From the human T2T-CHM13v2.0 reference genome, Homo sapiens, in assembly GCA_009914755.4 (NCBI GenBank), contig CP068257.2:16512001-16576000 (forward strand): a stretch of 64,000 bases of DNA, written 5' to 3'. Both the position numbers and the translations under genes were made by a program. The notes under the pieces were generated by a model. The model did no database searches, had not been told where the DNA came from, and saw nothing but the letters and a program-made list of their open reading frames with translations. Within the stretch, counting starts at the first letter, position 1, and each line of letters begins with the position of its first letter. Below, piece after piece: positions 30,049 through 43,345 of this stretch.

Positions 30049-32499
30049 GTTGGTCCTTAATTTTCTGTTTAAAACACACTTTGCTTTTTATGATTTTATG
30101 TCCCATAGTTTAATAAAGCCTAATAAAAATACACTTATGGAAAGATGTAAAAATTCTATTTTAATAAATCCCATATCTCAGTGGGAAAAAAATTTATGCC
30201 CAATCAGTTTTATGTAAACTGACTCCAAAGTAAAAGTAAGTGCATTAGTCCTTCCTAGAACTACTTTATTCTTATTTTTTAAAAAAATACAAGGTGCAAA
30301 AAAAATCCCTGTTTATTCTGTCATTCTGTGGAACTTAGTCACAATGAAGTATTCTGGGTGCTGCTGCCTGCCACCCACTCTCTCCACATTTGTGCTACAA
30401 GAGTTAGTACAACCCAAAGTATATGGAGGTAGGCCAAGAGGGTAGCTTCCTGCCACTGTAATTCTGAGGTCATAAAGCCTATATCATACAAGGCTTATCA
30501 TGCAGAAAAGAAGGAAATTCTCCCTTATTGATTAAATACAAAAGCCACTTTGAAAAGAGGACAACCACTAAAAACCTCATTCCTTTTAAAATACACTTTA
30601 AAAATGTATTTAGAATAGGTGCATTTGGGGATCCCTTTCTCCAAGAACACACTTCACTCTCCCCCACATCTGTCATCAGGTTTTTTGGGGGGTGGCCCCT
30701 AAAATACTTGTTTATATTATATGCCTATGTTTATATGATGCTATTATCTTCTAATAGGAGATTGAACCAGGGCTTGGCTCAACCTATGCCAAACTGTCCT
30801 GCTTTCCGGAAATTTAAAATCAGGTTTAAGGGATTCTAGCTGCCATTTGGGATAAATTGTGCAAATTAAGAATTGTGGCAAACTGTCTTCTACCATGTCA
30901 TCTAAGTGCCTCTGCACCTTGTACATGAAGATGTACAAAGTAGAGGATTTGAAGAGATTCCAGTCCTCCTTGAGAAGCTGAATCTCAAAGCTGCCTTTGA
31001 TGTTTGTGAGATGTCCTTGATTTTTCTTAATAATTTTCTCTTTTTTTCCCTGGGATACCTTGAATTTCTGTTACTTATAAGCAAAAAACATTGATTCAAG
31101 TTGCCTAGATCCAGAAAAAGAAGGAAGTAAGGCTTTTCCCCATTTTGTTGTGGATTTGCAGATAGATTTGTGCCACAAAATGTCATAATTTTATACACAC
31201 TAATGTAACAAAGAGAAATCTTAACGAGATCGAGTGTTTTTCATGGTTCACTTAAGTAACTGGGGGAAGAGGCCACAGAGTAAGGTTGGAACTCTGTGTT
31301 CAATATTCGAATCTGAAGAAAAAGAAACGATCAGTTGAATGTTGTGGTGATCTGTATCATTTGAATGTGAACTTTCTTTTGCAACAGCGAAGTTCTAGCT
31401 TTTTGAAAGTCTGATTGTTTTTTAGCCTGAAAACACATTCCCCATGACTTTTTTCTTTTTTTAAAAAAACCTCATTAAAAGTGTAGTATTAAAGGTTTAC
31501 TTTTCAAATGCTTATTTTTACTTTGGACTCAAAATGAGATTTAATTACATGAATTGTGATTTGAAATTAGTTTACTCTTTCTAATAATAGACTTACAGTT
31601 TCACGTACTTTTCTAATTTTGTATTGCTAAAAATAGCATACAAAGCATCCTAAGAAAATCAGTAATTTGATGATTTGGGGAAGAAAAGCGATTTTGAGTA
31701 AAGTAGGTAACTGGAAATGATATTTCTGCAGAGGTGACTAATTTCAGTGTTTGAAAGTTTCTTTTATATAAATACATATCTGTAATTTTGAAAATGTTTG
31801 AAAAATATTGACCTTATGTTTTGAAACACAGAATGTATGTAAATTCTTTCAGTATAATACTAAGTGAAATTTAGACTGATGAGGAATTTGAGAAAAATCA
31901 AGTTAAAATGCTTATATTATTAATATCATATTTTTGAAGAATTAAATGATGATAGGAATAAGCACATTTGGTTTCAGTTTTAGAGAGTCTGAAATAGGCA
32001 TTGGTTTAAAAATATGTGTTTGATATAAAATTTCTACATAATCCCCAAGTATATAAAACAATAAAACAATGTGGTATTCTAAGTTGAAAGAAGTCTGACT
32101 CTTAAGTTCTAAGTCATCAGGGCTGGACAATGCCCAGTATTAAACACCATGGAGGGAGAAACTTCTGTAAAGTTTGCAAGTCCCCAGATTTGAAGGAATT
32201 TTTGGTTTTTAGTACATCAGGGGCAGAGGTGGGCCAACCTTCTTCTATGTCAACTGGAGACAGGGATTTTCACCAAGATTTCTAAAGCCCAGTAACTGGT
32301 ATACAGATTCCCTAGGCACAGCTTGAAAACCATTCCTATCTGGAGAGCTGCAAACAAATGGGACCTAGTTCTTCGTTATTTATGGAAACTTTCAAACCTT
32401 TTTTATCACCCCAAGTTGCAAATACTACTCACAGCCTCTTTTCTTGGTTGAGTCACTTTTCTATTGTTCAGGGAACTGCCAGCAACAACTTGTCTCTCT

Positions 32500-33040
32500 C
32501 TTTTTTTGTTTTATTTTTATTTTTATTTTCTTTTTATACTTTAGGTTCTGGGATACATGTGCAGAACGTGCAGGTTTGTTACATAGGTATACACGTGCCA
32601 TGGTGGTTTGCTGCACCCATCAACCTGTCATCTACATTAGGTATTTCTCCTAATGCTATCCCTCCCCTAGCCCCCTACCCCTGGCAGGCACTAGTGTGTG
32701 ATGTTCCCCTCCCTGTGTCTATGTGTTCTCATTGTTCAACTCCCACTTATGAGTGACAACATGCAGTGTTTGCTTTTCTGTTCCTGTGTTAGTTTGCTGA
32801 GAATGATGGTTTCCAGCTTCGTTCATGTCCCTGAAAAGGACATGAACTCATTCTTTTTTATGGCTGCATAGTATCCCATGGTGTATATGTGCCACATTTT
32901 CTTTATCCAGCCTATCATTGATGAGCATCTGGGTTGGGTCCAAGTCTTTTCTACCTGTGAACACTGCTGCAATAAACATACGGGTGCTTGTGTCTTTATA
33001 GTAGAATGACTTACAATCCTTTGGGATCCCTCTTTTGTCA
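32500..33040 (-). mobile_element. L1PA-type 3' end (ORF2 C-terminus plus 3'UTR), pyrimidine-rich poly(A) complement at 32500-32545
   Basis: The plus strand reads ...tatactttaggttctgggatacatgtgcagaacgtgcaggtttgttacataggtatacacgtgccatggtggtttgctgcacccatcaacctgtcatctacattaggtatttctcctaatgctatccc.... The minus-strand ORFs 32823..33059 and 32848..33105 read ..GIPKDCKSFYYKDTSTRMFIAAVFTGRKDLDPTQMLINDRLDKENVAHIHHGILCS.. and ..MIGWIKKMWHIYTMGYYAAIKKNEFMSF.., which match the L1 ORF2 C-terminus (KDYKSCCYKDTCTRMFIAALFTIAKTWNQPKCPTMIDWIKKMWHIYTMEYYAAIKNDEFISF). Confidence 0.9.
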
Positions 33041-33159
33041 GTAGATCTCCACCTTCCAAATAATCCTGGTGGTGGCTTGTGTGAGTCAGGCTCCTTCAGT
33101 TGCACAGTACAAGATCAAAACTCAAACTTGTTTAGGCACATAAAGGGAGTTTAGGTGTT

Positions 33160-33520
33160 TCATCTGTTTGGGATCCTGTAATAAAATATCACAGACTGGA
33201 TACCTTGTAAATAGCAATTTATTTCTCACAGTTTTGAAGGCTGGAAAGTCCAAGATCAAGGCACCAACAGATTTGGTGTCTGGTGAGGGCTTGCTTCCTG
33301 GTTTGTAGATGGCTGTCTTTTCACTAACCTTATATGGTAGAAAAAGACTAGCTAGCTGTCTAGGGTCTCTCATAAAATTACTAATCCCATTCATGAGTGT
33401 GTAACCCTAATGACTTAATCATCTCCCAAAGGTCCCACCTTCTAATACCATCGCCTTAGTGATTAGGTTTTAACATATGAATTTTGAGGGTGAGGAGGAC
33501 AAGCACATTCAGACCATAGC
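33160..33520 (-). mobile_element. MLT1-type MaLR LTR fragment
   Basis: ...aatatcacagactggataccttgtaaatagcaatttatttctcacagttttgaaggctggaaagtccaagatcaaggcaccaacag...ggtttgtagatggctgtcttttcac...cccaccttctaataccatcgccttagtgattaggttttaacatatgaattttgagggtg is the reverse complement of the MLT1 consensus (gccataacaaagtaccacagactgggtggcttaaacaacagaaatttatttctcacagttctggaggctggaagtccaagatcaaggtgtc...cttggcttgtagatggccgtcttctcc...ctgaggtactggggttaggacttcaacatatgaattttggggg). Confidence 0.75.
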
Positions 33521-36500
33521 AATTGCCTTAATAAAGTAGGAGCTCCCTAAGTACCCCTGGCTTTAGGCATGTTTGTAACTAAAGGTTGACACAACATCCA
33601 TTTCTTTCTGCTCTTTGACCTCATTTTCTCTATGTGGGCTTTCTTCTCCAGCAGAACGACCCTACCGACTGCAGAGGTGGCTCTAGCAGCACTTAGCTCA
33701 CTTTACTTTTAGTTTTTGCAAAAGTCTCAGAAAATGTTCTGATTGGTCTAGAATATAAGCTCATTCCTGAAGTGACCGCTGAGACCAGGGAGAAAAACGT
33801 TTGGATTGGCCAGGCCAGGAGACACGGCATAGGACAAATTCCATCAGAATGATCTGAATAAGGAAAGAAGTTGCTCCTTAGGGAAGAAAAGTTAAAAAAA
33901 AAAATTAAAAAAAAAAAGTCATGTTCACTGCTGCAGGGCTTTCTTTAGCAGGGTCCCAGAAATATAAATCATCTGCTTATGTCCCTTTGCTTAGACCAAA
34001 GGCTTTAAATTTAGAGCACAAGTGTTTTTGGCTGCTTGCATAGGATATGGAGGGGCAAAATACCACTGATTCTTTGTCTCTTTTAGTAGTAAAATCAAAA
34101 CACATATTTACATTTCACTTGGTTACCTTGTAGTTTTAAAGTGAAGTGCATACTTTAGGAGTCTCAATAATACCAAACATTGAAAGCATTCGATTTGTTA
34201 TCATTTTGCTTAGAGTCATATTAAATCCACACAATAATATTTCTAGGTTAGGTTAGAATCTTAATCTCCCCAAGACTTATGAAATCACCTTCTACCTGGT
34301 GGATATTTTTCTAGTGACTCATTTTTCAAATTGTGTTTGAATGGTTGCTGCTATTTTAGATAAGTCCTAATAATGTCCAGCTTTAATTGTGAATAAAATA
34401 AAATTTATCTTGCATTTATTATATTCCAAAAACATTCAATGCTCTAGGGCTATTGGTAGATGGTACCATGCTTTTGAAAAGTTTTCAATCTGTTGAAAAC
34501 AATAGATTTATGATCATATAACTAACAGTAAAAGTTACTGTACTATAATACAGCAAAAGTCAGCAAGTACTGTAAGCAAGGTAAAAATGCAAAGTTTGGG
34601 CAGAATAGAGTGGAGGATTATCTGAGGGTTCTCATTTTCAATTAAATAGTATTCAGAATTTTTAAATGACATTTCTAGGCTTCATTCAAATCTTCATTTT
34701 GAGTTTGCCACTCCTTTGTATACACCCAGTGTTCTAGCCAGATAAGATAGCTGGCATTGAACTACCATCCTAAACTGTACTCCTCCTTGTTCATTCTTCT
34801 CTTCATTCTGTTCCTTCATCCTGGACTGTATGTCCCATGTCAAGCCCACTCTGATACCTTCCTTTAATATTCAGCTCAAGCACTTTCTCCTCCTTTAAGG
34901 TTTCCATTTTACATTTTGGATTTGATTTCTCTCTCTCATGACACCGTCACATTTTCTGCTATTTCCCATGGCATTTATCCTGTCATTTTTGCGTTATAAT
35001 TATTGTGATATTATAGTTTACTGTTTCCTTCTTCTTCCATCCACTTAGACCTCTTACATGGTTCCTTCTTTAATAATAGCTCTCAAGGCTGCCTCTTTTT
35101 ATTGAGAAAATAGAAGTTGATGGATGTTTTCTTATATTCCCAGAAGAAAATGGCCATCTATACTCCACCTTTCTTTCTATTACCTGAGATGAAATTATCT
35201 CTGTTCTATTGCAAATCTCATTCCTCTATGACTTAAGTGCTCTGAATATGAAATCATCTCTGCTGCCCTTTTATCATTGGTTCCTTCCTCTCTGTATTGT
35301 TTTATTTCCATTAGCATATAAACATTTTTGTTATTCTTATCTTGAATAAAAGATGCCTCCTTGACTTGAAGTCTCATTTAAGCTATCATCTTTTTTCTTT
35401 GTTTACCTTCAGGCAAAACTTCTTGAAAGGGTTCACCATAATCTTTTTCTGTACTTCCTCATTACCAAACTCAGATTAGTGAGTTTGGAATGACCCCAGC
35501 ACTACACGAAGATTATGCTTGTCTAGGTTGCCTATGGTTCTAAATCCAACATACTTTTCCCTTTCCTTTTCTTGATATTTTAGCAGCCTTTATTAAAATT
35601 GATCATTTTTTTTTTCCTTTTGGAAGCATACTTTTCTCTTGGATTTCATCACAATACCCTAAACTTTCTTATTGGCTACCCCATGTAAGTCTACTTTGTT
35701 TCTTGCCCTCATTTCATCCCAAAAGTTACTGTAATCCCTTGATCTTAATTCTTGAACATTTTTTACCCTGTTTTATTTAATTCATTTTTATACTCATCTA
35801 TATTCATCTCTGACTTACACTAGAACTCTAGGCTTGCAAATGCATATACCTATTTGATATTTCTACATGGATGTTCAATAGGCATTTCAAACTTAACAAG
35901 ACCAAAATAAAACATTTAATTTCCCCCAGAATTACCACAAGTGACCAAATTATATTTGAGAGGAAAATAGATGGTTTATAATCTATATGATTCAAACAAA
36001 ATAGAAATCTTTATTGATGATTAACGAAAGATAAAAGAAGGAAGTAGTGCTACATGCCACATTGCTGTCTGGGATGTTTCCCACCATCAGAAGCAACTTC
36101 CTGAATAGTGTTTTCAAATTGGGATATGTTGACGTTTTGGTCTTGGATCCCCAAAGAACACAATCTGAATGATTTACAAGTCACTGGGAAAAGCCATTGT
36201 GTTATGGACACCCAACTTTCATATTTGTTATTGTGTGTCAACCTAAATAATAGACAGAGAGAGGCTCTCTAAGAAAATGACATTTGTTTAGGAATGGGGC
36301 ATTGCAAGGAATGGGGAATAGGCATGCCGTAGTAAACGATGTGCGTGTTCAGAGAGATAAAGAAAAGTAATGAGGATTACATAATTGTTTTGAGATAATT
36401 ATGCTTGGCTACCAAGACCAATAACGAGGGTGATGCCAGTTCAAGATTGGACAGACATTGCTGGGCAGATGTCCTTGCAGTACTATTTTTTTGTATAAGG

Positions 36501-37115
36501 TTGCAATAGCCCTTGTGCGCAATAATGGTTTTTGCAAAGTCATATTTTATAGTTTGTTGTCAGGCATACAAGTGTGAGGACTTTCTCTTTATGGCTTTTC
36601 CTGGCTCTATTTATCAGAATTCTCTCTCTCTTTTTTGTTTAATTTAACACAAGTGACTCCATTTTGAGTTGCACAATTTTCACACATGACTAACTTTCAT
36701 TTCTCAGTGTAGCGGAATCCCTTAAATCCAGAAATTTTACATTTATAAAGTTTTGTTCAAAATGATAGTCAATTTATATTTTAGCTTCTTAACCAGGGTC
36801 TCCAAGAAACTTAGAATTGTACAAGCAAGTGAGATTTAAAAAATCATTTTTTTGAATTGTGTATGCCATATGTTGTTTGTGCTCAAATTGCTGGACATGA
36901 CAATTTCACTGGTGGCCTTTCAGTCCTATATCACAGCATGAAGACCATTTTCATTTAACTTAGTCTAGTCTCAACCTTTGATATAAGATTGGGGAGGACA
37001 TTGATAATTGTTAAGAGCTGAATTGCATGGGAGGGAGTTTTATGAGATAATGTCAGCCTGTCACTCATTAATTACTTTGCACAACCTACCCTATGCACTT
37101 CAGATCAACTAATAG

Positions 37116-37430
<315 letters not shown>

Positions 37431-39002
37431 GAAGTGGACAAATTTTAAAGTGCAATAGAAAATAAGAAGGATATTTTCATTCCAATAATAATTTTTTTCT
37501 TCATGGCTGAGCTGCTCCCATACCACTGTTGTCAAAAACATTGCAAAATATGAATAAGTTAGAAATTATTTATGTCATGAAATTTTCATATAATTGGCAT
37601 TTTTCTCATTTATGTATTTATTATGCCCTTCTATCTTACATTTTGTTAACTTCTGTATTTTATGTGTCTGGTAGTCCAAGGCAATGATTTTTAAAAATAT
37701 GTGAGATGAGAGAGGAAGATTCTAGGCCTAGGTGTACACACAATCTTAGGAATAATTTTGCTGCACCAGTGCAACAAGGGAAACAACACAAATCCTTTTG
37801 AATGAAAGCTACTTATAGGTAGATTTTTTGTTGTCTAGAAATCCAGTTCCATTGAATTCCATTCCTATTCCATCATGCTCTGTTTGTGGGAAAAAAATTG
37901 ATGAACGTAGCAATGGCTTCTGCACAATTAAAAAAGACACTTCACGGCAAATCCTAATCATCTGAAAAGTAAAAGTGCTGATTATTTTAAGTCATTGGGT
38001 TCTCAAGAGAGAGTAAAGATTTTGCTGAAAATGTCTTACTCAGTAAAAAGGCTCAGGAAGCACATTATTTAGTAGCAGAAGCAGAATTTATTTCTTAGAA
38101 AACTTTATGTTGGTGAGAACCCACTAATGGTAGTGTGTACAATTATGGGGAGTGAAATTCTAGGGAAAGTTGAGACATTTCCTCTCTGCAGTGGTTTGAT
38201 ATGTCATCATATCACGTAAGGCTGAAGAGATTTTGTATAGCAATCTGATAAAAACAATAAGAAGTTTTCTATTTAGGTTGTTGTGTCAACAGATTTCACC
38301 AATAATTGTCATATTGTAGTATTTGTAAGATTTGTAATATGATGGTGAAATCCAAGAAAAATATTTTGCTGGGAAGAGTTACTTGATATTCGTGAAGTCC
38401 AAGATAGATTTAATTTTCTTTCGTGTCTGGAAATAAAAGGCCTGTTTTGGAGGTTCCTTGCTTACATCAGTACAAATGGTAGGTCATCAATACTGGCTCC
38501 ATGAGATATTTGTGTCAACCCAGTAATAACCCCCTGATTTCTTCAGAGAAGAGTTTGTATAAAAACTCTTAGAGATAAAAGTTTTTAAAAATTTTAGATG
38601 AATGTACAAAATTATCAACTTCATCAACCATCAAATGGTTGGCTTTATTAATTTGTATTAATTAATTTTATTATCATTCAAGGGTGATTTAAAAACTCTA
38701 GAAACCTGAACTCAGAGCACATAAATGTCCTCCTGGTGCTGTAGCAATTTGTTATCTTAGCAGAGGCAGAGGTCTGAAAAGTAAGTGTAGGAGTGCTTTC
38801 AAGAAAAGCATAGGCCAAATTTTGCTGAGTCAGTTGAAGATAAAAAAAATGGTTATAGAACATAACCTACTCAGCTAACACACTTTTCCTCATATGAAAC
38901 AGTTGCCAGGGCTCTGCAAGGTTCTGGGGAAAATGTTTTGACCTCAAGTAGCAAGAATCTTGCACTTAAAGCTGATAATAGCCATCCTCATAGATGTGAG
39001 GT

Positions 39003-39130
39003 AATATGTCATTGTGATTTTAACTTGTCTTTCTCTGATGATTAATGTTGCTGCGTATCTTTTTGTAGAACCTATTGGTCATTTGTATGTCATCTTTGGA
39101 AAAATGTTTACTACAGTGTTTAGCCCAGGT
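39003..39130 (-). mobile_element. L1M ORF2-region fragment (antisense), 5' member of an inverted pair
   Basis: The plus strand reads gtaatatgtcattgtgattttaacttgtctttctctgatgattaatgttgctgcgtatctttttgtagaacctattggtcatttgtatgtcatctttggaaaaatg, i.e. L1 antisense. The minus-strand ORF 39020..39328 includes ..MKTWAKHCSKHFSKDDIQMTNRFYKKIRSNINHQRKTS.. (L1 ORF2 [25 protein letters not shown]...IREMQIKTT). Confidence 0.6.
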
Positions 39131-39189
39131 TTTCATCACGTTGTTAGATTTTTGTGATTGAGGTGTAGAAGTACTTAAGTCAAAGAAGT

Positions 39190-39440
39190 CAGAGTCACAG
39201 AAGTATGAATGCTGCAAGATTTCGCTTATATATGAGGTATCTAAAATAGTCACACTCACAAAATCAGGGAGTAGCATTGTGATTTCCAGGAGGTTGGGGG
39301 CAGGGAGAAATAGGGAGTTGTTTTTCAAAAGGTATGAAGTTTCATTTGTGCTACGTTAGTAAGTTCTAGAGATCTGCTGTGTAACACTCTCCCTATAGTT
39401 AACAGTATTGTATTGTATACTTAAAATTTTGTTGAGTGTT
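39190..39440 (+). mobile_element. L1M (L1MB-like) 3'-end fragment (sense), 3' member of the inverted pair
   Basis: ...cgcttatatatgaggtatctaaaatagtcacactcacaaaatcagggagtagcattgtgatttccaggaggttgggggcagggagaaatagggagttgtttttcaaaaggtatgaagtttcatttgtgctacgttagtaagttctagagatctgctgtgtaacactctcc...atacttaaaattt corresponds to the L1MB sense 3'UTR (...ccagaataggcaaatccatagagacagaaagtagattagtggttgccaggggctggggg...ggaatggggagtgactgctaatgggtacggggtttc...). Confidence 0.6.
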
Positions 39441-40909
39441 TAAAAAAGGAAACTTGTGAAAATCATGTTGCAAATGAAAGTCTTTAGATGTTTCCTTGGC
39501 TGCTTGGGTTTGAGAAAGAGGAAGGCAAGTATTGAGAGAAGGCATGTGTTATGTGTAAGGTGTCATTGAAACCCTCTGGAAGAACTACATAACATTGAAT
39601 ACCCCTGTCCCTCCTTCTCAACACAAGCTTATGGCAAGGGAGGATCCTTTCTCTGCTTCTCCCACTCAGCCTTGGAACTTGACTTTAAGAGAAGGATGGT
39701 AATCTGATCATACAGTCAGTATGAGATATACTGATCTGACTCCAGACAAGTTCTGGATTTTTATGAAGGGTATCCAGACATTCACAGGACAGTAATGAAC
39801 TTTTTTTTGCTGCAGTTTCCAACTTGTTAGATGCATGAGCAAGAGTTTTCTTCTTTTATAAGCATCATGAACAAGGAAGAAAATCACTTCATTTCTGTTG
39901 AAAAAGAAATGTGTATGCATCTCAAGTTTGGTTTCAAATGAGTATTTTTGCAGCAAAATAAACATAAGTTTCGCATGAAAGGCAAAAGTCCTATCTTTAG
40001 TTTAAAACACAATACTTGTTACGGTTATATAGCTTAATTCAAAAAGTCACAACATCAACACATTTACATAGGTTTACTAGTGCTATATTTTAACTTGGAC
40101 ATATCATTTTGAAAATGTATTTCCAAAGTCTTGTATAAAAAGAGACATTAGGCTATATTTTTGTTTGTATTGCTTTGGCTAAAGGTTTTAGTAGCTTTAT
40201 TATTCAACATGGTCAATAAAATTTTATTTATGTAAATAAAATTATTTAAAACCCATTTTATATCTTTATTAAAATTAAATCTACTCACTTCATCTTTAGA
40301 ACAAAGTAATCCCATTTTGGCTCAAGCTAGTTGTTATGTTGTCCTCATGAGCCTTTAAAATTTATGAAAAGAAAAGAAAGAGATTAATTTCAAGAATCAT
40401 AAAATAAGCTCTACTACTTTTTTAAAAAGAGTAGGCATTAACTTTAAAGCTATTTAAGTTGGAAGAAAAATTACTTTTATACCACATAGCATTGCTCTTT
40501 AGCATCTTGTATAGTAGCAAATTGTGGTGAGACATTTAGGTCTACGTAGATACACTAAAAATATAGTCAAATGTGAACTAAATAAAGGAAAATATGAAGT
40601 TTTCTTTGGCTAAATACTGACTAGCATTAGAATTAATAGTATCTGTGAGAAGGGATAACCACAGAAAAACAGAAGGACAAGTTGGCTAAAGTCAATAAAT
40701 GAAATTATTATTGAATTATTATACTCATTATGTAATTATACAAGATATTGAAATGACTATATTTATGTAGGGGTTCCCTGAGATCCACAATGTTTTTTAA
40801 GGGTTCTTCCAGTGTACAAATTTGAGAAAGGCTGATCTAGGCATATCAGGATTATTTTACTCAAAGCATTTCGTAGAAATCACTACACAGCAACCTTAAC
40901 AAATCCTTT

Positions 40910-41304
<395 letters not shown>

Positions 41305-42523
41305 TTACAATGGTTCCAAACTTTCTCAGTTTTCTGAGAAGGGAATTCAGTATTCAGACCTACCGATAGTGATTTTCTTTCTCGCCCTAGAAACCTGCCC
41401 CCCCTTGGTAAATGACACCATTATCCATCGTCATTCAATTTTCAGTTTGAAATGTCTCCTTTCCTCACTCTCTCCTGCCATTTAGTAGAGCAAGTCCAAT
41501 CCAATCTACCTTTGTAGCATATCCTGAATCCTCACACACCTCTTTCCATTGCCACTGCTACCCCCCTGTGAAAAACACAACGATCTTTTGCCCTGATTAT
41601 CAAAATAGCTACCTAACTAGCCTCCCTCCGTTCACTGTTTCCTTCTGCCTGTCCAATCTTCTCTGTAAAGAAACTGTGAAAAATTATCAAAATCTCAAAT
41701 CATCATATCCTTTCAGTTTCCCCATCCTTCTCCCCAAATTGAGATTCTTCAATGGTTTCCAATCGTGTTTAAAATAAAATAGATTTCCTATCCCCAAGGC
41801 CTGTAATCAGCCCCCTGCCCACATCTGTGGCTTCATCCTGTTTGATTCCCCTGACTCTAGGTCTCCATGCTTCAGCCCCCTTGCCCTTTCTGTTCTCTGA
41901 AGGAGCCAAGCTCATCCCCAGCTTTCTCCTTTGCACTAGCTGGTTCATTTTCCTCGAGATGTCTCGCTCCTGATTTTCTCACGGCTATTTATTTTATTTA
42001 CGTAAATAAAACTTCTTGTGTTTCAAGTCATCTCTTAAAGTCATTTATCAGAGAGCCCTTCCCTGAGCCTCAATTTAAATTAGTCACTGAGTTACTCTTA
42101 AAAAAAAAAAAAAAACTAATGCGTATTTGACAAATAAAAATTGTATGCATGTATTTACAGTGTATAAGGTGACATTTTCACATAGGTATACATTGAAATA
42201 GTTAAATCAAGCTAATTGACATATCTATCACCTTACATACTTATCATTTTTCGTTGTGGGAAATTTAAGATCTATTCCTTAGGAATTTTCGAGTATTCAA
42301 TACATTATTTTTTCTCTCTTTTTTTAAAATGACAAAAAATTGCACTTATTTGTTGTGTACAGCATGTTGTTTTGAAGTATGTATATATTGTGGAATGACT
42401 ACACTGAGCTTAAGTTAACATATGCATTACTTCACATGCTTATCATTTTCTGTGGGGAGAAAACCTAAAATCTACTCATTTTGCAATTTTCAAGAATACA
42501 ATACATTGTTATTAATACAATAC

Positions 42524-42526
<3 letters not shown>

Positions 42527-42563
<37 letters not shown>

Positions 42564-42849
42564 TTTTTGACATGGAGTCTCTCTCTGTCGCCCAGGCTGG
42601 AGTGCAGTGGTGTGATCTCCACTCACTGCAGGCTCTGCCTCCCAGGTTCACACCATTCTCCTGCCTCAGCCTCCTGAGTAGCTGGGACTACAGGTGCCTG
42701 CCACCACACCTGGCTAATTTTTTGTATTTTTAGTAGAGATGGGGATTCAATGTGTTAGCCAGGATGGTCTCGATCTCCTGACCTCGTGATCTGCCTGCCT
42801 CGGCCTCCCAAAGTGCTGGGATTACAGGCGTGAGCCACCGCACCCAGCC
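42527..42849 (-). mobile_element. Alu (AluS/Y-like), antisense, tail converted to (TTTA)n. It sits at the 3' terminus of the adjacent L1, with a 12-bp duplication matching 11 of 12 positions (caatacattatt/caatgcattatt)
   Basis: (ttta)n gacatggagtctctctctgtcgcccaggctggagtgcagtggtgtgatctccactcactgcaggctctgcctcccaggttcacaccattctcctgcc...ggcgtgagccaccgcacccagcc. Confidence 0.95.
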
Positions 42850-42850
42850 C

Positions 42851-43150
42851 AATGCATTATTATTAACTATAGTCACCATGCTATATAGTAGATCTCCTGA
42901 ACTCATTTCTCCTTTCTAACTGAAACTTTGTACCCTTTGAACAACATCTCCTCATTTCCTCACCATCACCCGCAGTCCTCAGCAACCGCCATTCTACTCC
43001 CTGCTTCTATGAGTTCAGCTTTTTCTGATTTCACATGTAATTGGGATCATGTGGTATTTGTCTTTCTGTGCCTGGCTTATTCCACTTAGCATAATGTCCT
43101 CCACGTTTATCCATGTTTCATATGACAGAATTTCTGTATTATATCTGTTT
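42851..43150 (-). mobile_element. L1PB/L1MA-type 3'UTR fragment
   Basis: ttaactatagtcaccatgctatatagtagatctcctgaactcatttctcctttctaactgaaactttgtaccctttgaacaacatctcc...cagcaaccgccattctactccctgcttctatgagttcagctttttctgatttcacatgtaattgggatcatgtggtatttgtctttctgtgcctggcttattccacttagcataatgtcctccacg matches the L1PB antisense 3' end (ttaactatagtcaccatgctgtacattagatctccagaacttattcatcttataactgaaagtttgtaccctttgaccaac...). Confidence 0.7.
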
Positions 43151-43224
43151 CAATTATCTGCAGGGCACTTGGCATTTTTGCAGGTTTCTGATTTATGTAT
43201 AATTTATTTACTTGTTTTGGGTTT

Positions 43225-43345
43225 CTTCCCAATAGAAAGCAAACTTAATGAAAGCAGGGAGGTTATATATTACCTGTATTGTTCACCACTGTATCCCCAG
43301 CCAGTAATACTACCTGGCACAGAAAAGTATTTAAATAATAAATAA
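43225..43345 (+). mobile_element. L2/MIR 3'-tail fragment
   Basis: ...aaagcagggaggttatatattacctgtattgttcaccactgtatccccagccagtaatactacctggcacagaaaagtatttaaataataaataaat corresponds to ...atgagggcagggatttttgtctgttttgttcactgctgtatccccagcgcctagaacagtgcctggcacatagtaggtgctcaataaatatttgttgaatgaatg. Confidence 0.45.
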
